Source of the DNA: Utricularia gibba
Lineage: Eukaryota > Plantae > Magnoliophyta
Assembly: GCA_002189035.1 (NCBI GenBank)
Contig: NEEC01000173.1
Coordinates: forward strand, 1 to 35,415
DNA: 35,415 nucleotides
Direction of reading: 5' to 3'
In this document: positions 12,417-22,499 of the stretch, one piece after another
Position numbering within the stretch: the stretch's first letter is position 1
Layout of the letters: each line of letters begins with the position of its first letter
Program-made: the position numbers and the translations under genes
Notes under the pieces: model-generated
The model's database searches: none
The model's input: only the letters and a program-made list of their open reading frames with translations
Told to the model about the DNA's origin: nothing

Positions 12417-12949
12417 TTTTTTATATATTTAATTATTTTATTTTTAAATTTTAATGTATTATTGTTTATTTTAATATCTATTCTCAAGTAGAATTGATCT
12501 TAATACTTTTTTTGTGATTTTAAACAATACTTAAATCATAATTTAATCTAATTTTTATTACTTAACCTTACTGCAATTTCTTGTTTTTTTAATTCAAACT
12601 CATAAAAATATTAAACTTATCTTGACCATGCAAATTGTATCATATTGAAACTAAAAGTGAATTTCAAGTACATAATAAATGTAAATCACATAAAAAAATA
12701 TAATATTTTATGATCTGTAATTTATTTTCACTTTTAAATATCCATCTAAGATTATTTATTCTAATACAAGGTGCACTTTTATGAAGTTGATAATGGTACA
12801 ATGAGTAAATGTATCCATGGGATTAAGTTGCAGAAACGACTACTTGGGAATTATTCGTTACAAGGCCCATTTGAATGAATACAATGCAGATCCAAATGCA
12901 AATACAAGAAGAGCAGCTACGCGTAGCAGCAGTGTTGTTCCTGGGCAGG

Positions 12950-13159
12950 CTAACCGAAGTAGATCCGGACACGGAGAGCCATTATCAAAATGGTGTAGGT
13001 CGCAAAATAGAGCAGAGTGTGGAGGATGACAGCCTTCCCGTTCGTCGTGAAAGTCCCGAGCTCCACCCGCTTGGAGTTCCCCGGAAGCAGAAACACCACT
13101 CCCGGCGACATCAGGACGAAGAGAACCAAACCCATCAGGATCGGCGCCCAGTCCAGCAT
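12950..13159 (-). CDS. DUF3339 small transmembrane protein, 69 aa
   Basis: MLDWAPILMGLVLFVLMSPGVVFLLPG...GKAVILHTLLYF...IYFG fits the DUF3339 pattern M.DWGP....VLF.LLSPG...LPG. Confidence 0.88.
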   Translation of the reverse strand: MLDWAPILMGLVLFVLMSPGVVFLLPGNSKRVELGTFTTNGKAVILHTLLYFATYTILIMALRVRIYFG

Positions 13160-14972
13160 CTTCTCCTCTCAGATATGCTACTTCTTCGCTTCTTCCTTTT
13201 GGTTTCATACTTCCCGATGCTGCTTCTTTCATTACCAGGGAGGGTTTCGAATATTCATTCCTTCAGGACGCAAATGCAAGTTTTGTACCATTCCTTTCTT
13301 CAGGAAATGGAATCGTCCTTTTTATTTTTTTTCTCAGTAATTGAATATATTGAAAACAAAAAATAAATAAGTTTTAAAATGATGGTAGATTTCAAAAATT
13401 TTGTATCGTTAAATATTTTTTTATTTAAATAATAACTAAATCATAACATATTTTTTTATTATATTATGTTAAAATTATAGTTATAAAATTTAGAATAATA
13501 TATTTATGTTATACAATTTTATAAAATATGAAACGAATGAATTATTTATTCATATCAATTTAATACTGCATAGATATTGATTCCTCGTAATCATATATTT
13601 TTTTTTAATATTTTTATTGATGGAGCATCCAGTTTGTAGAAAGCATTTGTTATTACTTCGATTTCAAATATCACAGAGTGCTACGTACAAGATGACTTGT
13701 ATTGATATCTCATAAATTATAAATTATATTTTCTTTAATAATTTCAAAAAATCAAATATATAAGTTTACATAGATGTTTTGTTTGCCCCTGATAAACTAT
13801 AATTGAAATTAGACAACGTACTATATGTAAATTTCAAGTATATAATAAATGTGAATAATTATATTAAAAAAAATTAGATTCAACATATTATTATTAATCT
13901 ATAATTTCTTATATATGTGATTATTTCAATTTCAAATTTTGTTGTAGTATCTTTTTTATTGTAATAGCATGCATATTGGAACATGCAATGTCAAGAATTC
14001 CAAACTGTTGACGTTTTGCATCTGAACCAAGATTCCGTCTAGGGGGGAATGACGATCCGGTAGTGGAGGAGCCGAGGCTGCTGGAATATTCACTTAGGTA
14101 GGTGCCCATGCTACTGCTGCATCCCACAAATCATTTTGCTGCATAATTCCAGTAATAACCGCACCGCGCACGCCGATTTGTTTGGTTCTCAGGACATGGA
14201 CCCGATCCCCGATCCAGGTCGATGATCCGCAGAGCAGCCCTGGGGGCAGGTTAACATGGACTCGGAGTCGGAGGGGCGGACAGATAGGCGTTGCCCGACA
14301 CTAGCAGCAGTGGGATTAATGGGACAGCTTGCTGCTATGGCTGCTGTCCGTCCGGCTGTCTGTCTGGCTTTACACCGCTCTCCTCGTGCTTCATTCATCT
14401 CCCTTCACCTGAAAGCGCCAACCTTTTCATCAACTTGCCTCCGCTCCTCCTCCTCCTCCTCCGCAATTCCGAATCGGAGCAGAGGAGTCAGCAACAATGA
14501 AGGACGAGAAACACTCAAGTGTTTGTTTAATGAAATAGTGAAAAGGAAGGTGCACAGCACACCATAATTCACGTGGTGAAAATTGATTGCCCCCCCCCCC
14601 CCCCCCTCCCTACGCCTTTTTTATTATTTCATGGAGATGCACTGTCCTGCAGCAGTGAGTAGTCAGGTTGGCAGTCCCACAGCGACGAGGACCCCCCCGT
14701 CTGCAATCCACTTTGCCCACCCACATGGACTGGACTCCTCGGAGTTTTTTTCCCCGACTGTACGAACTGATGACCGGAGGAGTTAAAATGGAGCAGCTGC
14801 AGGAAGGGGGTTGACTTCTGTGAGGAGTTATTTACACAAGTGTAGTTCAAATTAGGGAATAAGACTGGGAATCAAACCCTAATTTAACATGCATCATTCA
14901 GTGCTTGTGTACTGCTGGCTTCATAACTCCAAAGTAATAACTGGGTGCATCTCAAACAAGTATAATGTGTAA

Positions 14973-14996
14973 GGGGGCGGGGGCGGGGGCGGGGGC
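14973..14996 (+). repeat. (GGGGGC)x4 tandem repeat, potential G-quadruplex
   Basis: Four G5 tracts separated by single C residues. Confidence 0.7.
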
Positions 14997-15504
14997 CCCC
15001 CTGAATTATGTATGAGAAATAACTTAGACTTTTCTTTTTTGATGTAAAAATGAAAAAAGTGGATTTTAAACTCTGGAATTAATAATTCATCCAATCATGT
15101 TGTGGCGTGGAGTAGGCGCATTAATGGGAGGCATGAGGCAATGGCATCACCCCCTTCCATCCAACCACAACTTTACTCTCTCTTGGACATGGAATGATGA
15201 TTCCCAGAAACGCAAGATAACTGCTAATGATCTCTTGATTCTTGAAATTGATTGTTTCAAGAAGATGACTCAGTTCTTAAACTCTGGTGTGTTAGAAGAA
15301 AAGGATGTGAAATGGGGTTGCGGGGTTGTGTCTAAATGAGGAAACTCAGAGCTGGACTTATGTTGCATTGTGGATGGAGGTGATTTTGGGTGGGTGAGAT
15401 GAAGTAAATGCACTCATTCTTGATAGGCGGAGACAGTTGAAGTGTGGGGGACTACCATGTGATCTGATCGCTGCCCGAGTTACTTCTTCTTCTTCATCTT
15501 CTTT

Positions 15505-15512
15505 TATAAATA
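15505..15512 (+). promoter_or_regulatory. TATA box of the Pro/Gly-rich protein gene
   Basis: TATAAATA about 40 nt upstream of the ATG at 15549. Confidence 0.5.
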
Positions 15513-15548
15513 GCATTTGAATGAAGTTGGCGTTCTAAGTGAGGCAAC

Positions 15549-16199
15549 ATGGGGTGTGTTTCTAGGCTTCTTCTGGTCTTCATTTTACTGCTCTCGCTGG
15601 TTGCCGTTTTGGGGGAGAAGAATGGGGTGGAGATCAAGTGTCTGATGAGAAATTCTTGCCACCAAAACCACTTCTGTTTCCTAAGCCCTTTCTTAAGCCT
15701 TTTCCTAAGCCCCTTCCTAAGCCGTTTCTTAAGCCCCTTCCTAAGCCCTTGATCGGGGCGGGCGGTGGCCTCGGTGGTGGCTACGGAGGCGGTGGTGGTC
15801 TGGGTGGCGGCTACGGAGGCGGCGGCGTTCCAGGGGTGGCTATGGAGGCAGTGGGGGTCTGGGCGGTGGCTACGGAGGCGGCGGCGGTATTGGGGTGGTT
15901 TTCAGAAGCCATTTCCGAAGCCGTTTGTCAAGCCGATTCCTAAGCCGTTTGTAAAGCCATTTCCCAAACCGGTACCAAAGCCTTTTCTCGGCGGCGGCGG
16001 TGGCTTTGGCGGAGGCGGTGGGTTAGGTGGTGGAGTTGGTTACGGTAAACCGTTTCCGAAGCCCTTCCCGAAGCCGTTTATCAAGCCAATCCCTAAGCCC
16101 TTCCCGAAGCCAGGCATTGGTGGAGGGATTGGCGGCGGCGTCGGCGTAGGCGGAGGCATTGGAGGTTTCGGTGGGAGTGGTGGATTGGGCGGTGAAGGT
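15549..16199 (+). pseudogene. 5' part of a secreted Pro/Lys-rich plus Gly-rich cell-wall-type protein gene, truncated by the copia insertion
   Basis: Signal peptide MGCVSRLLLVFILLLSLVAVLG, then three blocks of 12-nt PKPF-type repeats alternating with Gly-rich blocks. Three 1-nt G deletions (about 15632, 15833-36 and 15892-95) restore a single 218-codon frame, which ends at the first TGA of the LTR. Confidence 0.85.
16195..16199 (+). repeat. Target-site duplication, left copy (AAGGT)
   Basis: Identical to 21549-21553, directly flanking the LTR ends. Confidence 0.95.
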
Positions 16200-16591
16200 T
16201 GATAGCAGTTTATATCGATGTGTGAGGGTTGTAGAACAGATATTTTTTGTAATGTTATGCAAGAGTACACATATTTATAGTTCTTTAGCAACGGTCGCCT
16301 ACTTCTAGGGATTAGCCGTTGCTCACTACGACTTCCAACAATATTGACTTCAGCACGTTGGGCCATATCATCATGTTGGGCCATTTTCTTGAAGTGGATG
16401 AGTAGCAAGATCTTTGTTGGTGGCCCATCTTCTGATCTTGCTGTCCAGTATAATCAGTCCGAGTTGCTGACAGACCTTCTTCTTCTTCCTCCCGTTATCT
16501 CTCAACACATTCGTATTTTCCTGTTCTGGGTCCTCCACATTTCTCACAGTTTGCTGCTGGTTTATCTCATATTCGTCCTCACTCGACATCA
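16200..16591 (-). repeat. 3' LTR (392 bp)
   Basis: Element-sense TGATGTCGAG...CTGCTATCA. No mismatch to 21157-21548 on manual comparison. TATAAATA on the - strand at 16279-16272. Confidence 0.96.
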
Positions 16592-19500
16592 TTCCTCCTT
16601 GAGGAAGAACATGAGATGAGGCAGCAGTAATCAAGGGATTTCTGCGCAGCCCTAATAGCTCACGGATTTGAGAGAAATGACTTGGAAAGAGGGCTTTGGT
16701 GAGAATGTCTGCGGCTTGTCTTTCTGATGGTAAATACTCCAATTTTATGCTTCCTTCTTTGATGTATTCCCTAAGAACATGGTATTTGATTTTGATATGC
16801 TTCGTCTTCCCAAACATGACCGGATTTTGAGCTATACTTATGGCTGATTTGCTGTCAATTTTCAGAATGAGTGGCTTGTTAATCTTGATCTGTAAATCTT
16901 CACATAATTTCAGGAGCCATTGAGCGTGATTTGCAGCACAAGCTCCAGCCATGTATTCTGCTTCGGCTGAGGATTGAGCTACTAAGGTCTGTTTTCTGCT
17001 GTTCCAAGCAAATGCAGCAGAGCCCAGAGTAAACAAATAACCAGTGGTGGATTTAAGATCAGATTCGTCACCTGCGAAATCAGAGTCTACGAACCCTTGA
17101 AGAGATAGGTCAGTATGCCTTTTGAAGTATAAACCCATAGTTTTTGTAGCATTCAGATATTTGAATATTTGTTTAGCTATTCTAAGGTGTAAAGCAAGAG
17201 GGTGATGCATAAACCTGGATAGAAACGTTACAGCGAATGTAATGTCCGGTCGAGTTGAGGTGAGGTATAGTAGGGCACCAACAGTCTTCTGATATTCTCG
17301 TATGTTCACTGAATTTTCTTGAGGATCTTGTGGCCCTGAATCGGCAGAATTTAATTCTTTCAGATAGTTGTTTGCCTTGTTCTTCAGGTATGGAGTGAAA
17401 GGCGTAGTTGCTTCTTTTGCATTGTCCATCCCAAATTTTTTTAGTAAGTCTTCAGTGTATTTTTGCTGGCTGAGAAATATAAAATTGGGATCTTGTATTA
17501 TCTCTAGTCCAAGAATATATCTTGCTGGCCCTAGATCAGTCAATTCGAACCGTTGTTTGAGCCTTGATTTTTGATCTGCTATCAATGTCTCGTTATTTCC
17601 TGTTAGTAAGATGTCATCAACGTATAAAGATATGATGACCTTTCCAGTTTGATTGTTGAGGGTGTATAGAGTAGGGTCGTTCTTGCTTCTGATATAACCC
17701 ATTTGACCAAAGTATGAATCTATGGTTGAATACCATTCCTTGGGCGCTTGTTTAAGCCCGTAGAGAGCCTTTTGGAGTTTTAACACCTTATTTGAGCCAT
17801 CCTTTAGTGTAAAACCGGGAGGATTTTCAACATATATGTCTTCTTTCAAGTCTCCATTCAGAAACGCATTCTTTATGTCTAAATGGTGCAGGATCCAACC
17901 TTGACTGGCGGCTAATGCGATAATCAATTTTATTGTATCCAGACGAGCTACCGGTGCGAAAGTCTCCCAGTAGTCTATACCTTCCTTTTGAAGATATCCT
18001 TTTGCAACCAGCCTAGACTTTAACTTATTTACTGAGCCGTCTGGATTTAGCTTTGTGCGATAAATCCATTTTAATCCCAACGGTTTAATATTGAGAGGTT
18101 TATCCACCGCTGTCCACACTTGATGCTCTGCTATGGCCTGTAACTCATTATCCATTGAGGTTTTCCATGCAGGATCATTGAGAGCTTCGAAGGAGAGGTA
18201 GGTTCACAAATCATAAGCGATCTGTCATAGACTTCAGTAAGAGGACAGTAACCTCTAGCAGGCTCTTCATCTATGAGATGATCGGCTGACTGCAGCATAA
18301 AGTGATGTGTATAGGAATTGTAGTTGTTTGCTGAATCTTCTGAGATATTTTCTGTGTTATCATGTCTTTCAGATATAATTTGCTCAGAGTTTTGGAAGTG
18401 AGATGTATTTTCCTCCTGTTCTTGTAATGAAGAGAATTGATATTCTGATTCTCTGCTTTCTCCATGTTGAGGCTGTTGCGACGAAGTAGGATATGGCATA
18501 TGATCATTACTTTGCATGTCTTGATTCCTTTCTGAGTGATGTCTGAAATAATTGTTGTCCTCTGTTTCTGCACCAACAAGATTGGAATTATTCGTAATAG
18601 TGGTATTAGTTTCAGGAAGTTCATTGACAAGATTCTCTTCGTGCATTTCAGTAAGATTTTCAGATGCATTGATAGGAAATAGGAGTTGCATGTCTCTGGA
18701 ATATTCAGCTTCGTTTTCAGGAGTAGAAGAGATATTATGCCAGTCATAGGTCAGACTTTCTTCAACCACAACATCAGCACATCTTTGAACTTCTATACAT
18801 TGTTTGGATGGAATAAATATTCTGTAAATTTGAGAGGAGTCCGAATATCCCATAAAGACCCCCATTTGAGCATGATTCTCTAACTTTCTGCGTTTTTCTT
18901 TAGATATATGGACATAGCAGAGGGATCCGAAGATTTTCAGATTCTGTAGATCTGGGACTTTTCCATACCACAGTTCATGTGGAGTTTTTCCTTCAGGTAT
19001 TCCTTTGGTGGGAAGTCGATTTAATAGGAATACCGCTGTGTTAACAGCTTCTCCCCAAAAGCGCAATGGTAAGTTGTGTTCCAATAACAAGCAACGAGCC
19101 ATATTCATAATCGTTTGATTTTTCCTTTCACAAACACCATTTTGTTGAGGGTATATGGAACGGTAAACCGATGAACTATACCACTTGCATTGCAGATGTC
19201 TCGGAGTTCGGATGATTTGTATTCCCCGCCATTGTCTGAATGCAAAGTAAGTATTCTACAATTGCTTTGTAATTCTGCCATCATCTTGAACTGCTTGAAG
19301 TATTTAGTCACTTCAGACTTTTGCTTAAGAAAATATACCCACATATGCTTGGTGTAGTCATCAATAAATAGGACATAGAATTTCTTTCCACCAGGTGTCT
19401 CAACATGCATAGGTCCGCATACGTCAGAGACTACTAGCTGTAGTTTAGAGTCGGATACTTCAGTACGATTCTTGAATGGCTTCTTGTGCATTTTCCCAAA

Positions 19501-21024
19501 TAGACAGGTGCTGCACGGGAAATTCCAGTCCTTTAATTGAGGTACGCCATGTATAACTCCTTGGGTTTGCGCTGTTCTGAGTTGGCTTGCATGATAGTGA
19601 CCTAATCTTTTGTGCCATAGGAAAGAGGTATTTACAGCTGCAAGACAGAAATTACTATTAGTTGTCATGCAGTTAACTGGAAAGAGGCGATTTACCATGG
19701 GCACTTTTAGTACAATATTGTGAGCATAATCCTTCAACAAGCACATATTGTTCTCTATATTCAACTCATATCCACATTCTGCTAGTTGTCCTGCACTCAG
19801 TAAGTTGTGAGAAGCCTTTGGTACATAGAATACATTAGTAATCTTGATGAGTTTTTGTTCAGTTTCCAGACAGATTGATCCAACACCTTCAACTGCAATG
19901 AGCGTTCCATCAGCAATGGTGAGAGTTTTTCCTGATATTGGGGTATATGTTGTGAATATAGACTTGTTGTTGGTCAAGTGATTACTGCAGGCGCAATCAA
20001 TGAACCAGATTGTGTTGTGTCGTAGATCAGTGAAATCAGAGAGAGTAGTCTTGCTGCACAAGATATAAACTGAAGACTTCACTTTCATATTTGAATCATC
20101 AGGAGATACATGAATTGATTTGTTTTTTGAATGTTCAGAAGATGCAGCAACAACATAAGTAGAGGCATATGATTTCTTGGTGGGACACACACGCTCCACA
20201 TGGCCTTTGGTTGAACAGATTGCGCAATGAGCCTCAGGATGCCAAAAACAGTTCGTTGGAATGTGGTTTTTCTGTGCGCAATATGGGCAAGGAGGATGTG
20301 GCCCCTTTTTCTCTTTCTTGACAGGTAGGAAACTTGGTGCAGAATATTGTTGTGTCCCATTTTCTCCTTTAGGACCTGCTATAGTAAGTGATGCTTTGAA
20401 GGCAGCTTCTAATAGATTTTCTTCATTGCGAGATTTACGTCTGCTGTCCACATTTTTGAAGTGTTGGAGCAGTTGCTGCAGACTCAGAGTTTCTAGAAAT
20501 CCGGTTGCTTCCAAGGATTCAACGACAGCATCATAATCTGCCGGAGCACTATGAATGATCCTGGCCTTAAGCTTGCGCTCTTCACGGGAGTCAACTTCTT
20601 CTCCAAGGCGCTTTAGTTTTTCCAGGTTTTTGAGAAGTTGTTCTGCATTGGTGGCTACCTCGCCATCTCTAATTTTGAAGTTGTAAACTTCATTCCATAG
20701 TTTCTGTATCTCCCTGTGCTTGTCTTCCTTTGTTTCTTCAAAGGTTTTCTCGAGCATAAGCCACGCCTCTCTTGGAGACCTTCGAGTTATACACCTGTAA
20801 GCATCTCCAACCACTGCTGTGGCTAGCACAGCTGCAGCCTGAATTTCTTTGTCTCTATAAGCTTTTTCAGCTGCAGTTTTTTCTTCAGGTGTTCCTTCAA
20901 AAACTGGATCAGTGGCTATTATTTTCCAGAGCCCATGAAGTTGGAGATATATCTCCATTTTTGGCGCCCAAATATCGTATTCCTTTCCGTCAAAAATGGG
21001 AGGTAATATGTTTGTTACAGTCAT
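16371..21024 (-). CDS. Copia gag-pol polyprotein, about 1,550 aa after correcting two 1-nt deletions (19149-51 and 18192-93)
   Basis: Two CCHC knuckles; PR WFIDCACSNH; integrase HHCC plus D(VSDVCGP), D(HSDNGGEY) and E(NGVCERKN); RT LDIKNAFL and LYVDDILL; RNase H FVDSDFAGD, AEAEY and ADILTKAL. Confidence 0.9.
16592..16600 (-). other. Polypurine tract (AAGGAGGAA) abutting the 3' LTR
   Basis: Purine-only run immediately 5' of the 3' LTR on the element strand. Confidence 0.75.
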
Positions 21025-21138
21025 GATGACACTCTTTTGAGAACCTGCGATAGAATATAGAGTAAGGTAAGAAGCCTTTAGATGTAGTGTTTGAGTGGCA
21101 AACCGTGTTTGGAAGGATAGCAATGTTGAGCTGCTTGT

Positions 21139-21156
21139 TTCACGTCGGGTTCACCA
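21139..21156 (-). other. Primer-binding site TGGTGAACCCGACGTGAA, complementary to the 3' end of tRNA-Trp
   Basis: Abuts the 5' LTR with no spacer. The + strand reads TTCACGTCGGGTTCACCA, which equals the last 18 nt (with CCA) of plant cytosolic tRNA-Trp(CCA) as I recall it. Confidence 0.88.
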
Positions 21157-21548
21157 TGATAGCAGTTTATATCGATGTGTGAGGGTTGTAGAACAGATAT
21201 TTTTTGTAATGTTATGCAAGAGTACACATATTTATAGTTCTTTAGCAACGGTCGCCTACTTCTAGGGATTAGCCGTTGCTCACTACGACTTCCAACAATA
21301 TTGACTTCAGCACGTTGGGCCATATCATCATGTTGGGCCATTTTCTTGAAGTGGATGAGTAGCAAGATCTTTGTTGGTGGCCCATCTTCTGATCTTGCTG
21401 TCCAGTATAATCAGTCCGAGTTGCTGACAGACCTTCTTCTTCTTCCTCCCGTTATCTCTCAACACATTCGTATTTTCCTGTTCTGGGTCCTCCACATTTC
21501 TCACAGTTTGCTGCTGGTTTATCTCATATTCGTCCTCACTCGACATCA
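21157..21548 (-). repeat. 5' LTR (392 bp)
   Basis: Same sequence and length as 16200-16591; followed on the element strand by the PBS. Confidence 0.96.
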
Positions 21549-21553
21549 AAGGT
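21549..21553 (+). repeat. Target-site duplication, right copy (AAGGT)
   Basis: Identical to 16195-16199. Confidence 0.95.
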
Positions 21554-21804
21554 GGACTAGGGAATGAGGGCGGTTTTGGAAATGGTGGTGGCCTCGGTGG
21601 CGGCATTGGCGGGGTGGTCTAGGAGGCCCTGCCGGCGGTGGTCTTGGAGGTGCAGGTCCCGGCTTTGGAGGAGGCGCAGGTCCCGGCTTTGGAGGAGGAG
21701 CCGGCGGTGGCCTTGGAGGAGGTGCAGGTGGTGGCTTTGGAGGAGGATTCGGCGGCGGCGGCGGCGGCGGCGGTTTAGGAGGAGGATTCGGGGGTGGACA
21801 CTGA
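21554..21804 (+). pseudogene. Orphaned 3' part (Gly-rich tail, 83 aa) of the Pro/Gly-rich protein gene
   Basis: Removing the element and one TSD copy joins GGEG to GLGNEGGFGNGG in frame. One G deletion at 21611-14 restores a frame ending FGGGH-TGA. Confidence 0.85.
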
Positions 21805-22499
21805 CCCCCGGTGGGTGCATAAAATTTAAAAGTGTTTTGTTCTAATCCATCTGGTCATTGTTTCTGCATGCCGTTGGATGTCGACATTATTGCTATAATC
21901 AGATTGTTGTGTTCTTGACGCTTAATAAATGAAGCAAATATATCTTTTTTATTGGATTTAATTAGCCCCCTTCTTTTTTAGGCAACAACTGCACCCAAAT
22001 TAGGGCACGTGCCCCTTTATTTAGATCCATTTCTTTTTTAATACAACCCTTTTTTTTTCAAAATATTTTCTGGGTTTGCATGAAAAGAGAAAAAATATAT
22101 TACTAAACTTTAAACAGTATCAATTAGATTGAATCCATTGAATTGAGTTTTAAAATATTATAAAAATAAAGAACTCTGAGTTTCGAGGGGGCGGAAGTGC
22201 GGTGTCCAATGTTAACTTTCCATTAAATTCTTGTTTTTGTATATTCAATAATCACCATTTTACGTTTTATTTTTTATGAAAAATACCTCATATAAAATTA
22301 GAAATTATTTTTCTATATAAAATATTTTTATATTAACCTTCCACTCATAATACCTTTGGCCCGGCCCTTCAATTATTAAATTTAATATCTGTAATTCTTA
22401 ATTTTTTTATAAAAAATATTGAATGGGGTTCAATATTAAGTTAAAAGTCATTTTATTTGTGGATTTATTTATGCTACAGTACACAAACTGGGGTTGCAA

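Larger units (their letters stand above)
16200..21548 (-). mobile_element. Full-length Ty1/copia LTR retrotransposon, 5,349 bp, probably Ivana-like lineage
   Basis: TG...CA LTRs of 392 bp, a 5-bp TSD, PBS, PPT and domain order gag-PR-INT-RT-RH. The lineage guess rests on the gag start PPIFDGKEYDIW, the double zinc knuckle and element size. Confidence 0.97.

Noticed and set aside
14196-14400. Possible pre-miRNA hairpin (CGGACAGATAG with CTGTCTGTCTG; TAGCAGCA with TGCTGCTA)
   Set aside because: Pairing is limited to short discontinuous stems, and I recognise no conserved mature miRNA.
16385-16395. Heat-shock element in the LTR, as in ONSEN-type copia elements
   Set aside because: Only a two-unit TTCnnGAA core is present; at least three nGAAn units are normally needed.
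18192-19151. Programmed ribosomal frameshifting in the copia polyprotein
   Set aside because: The breaks fall inside integrase and at the start of RT rather than at the gag/pol boundary, lack slippery heptamers and match the window-wide deletion pattern.
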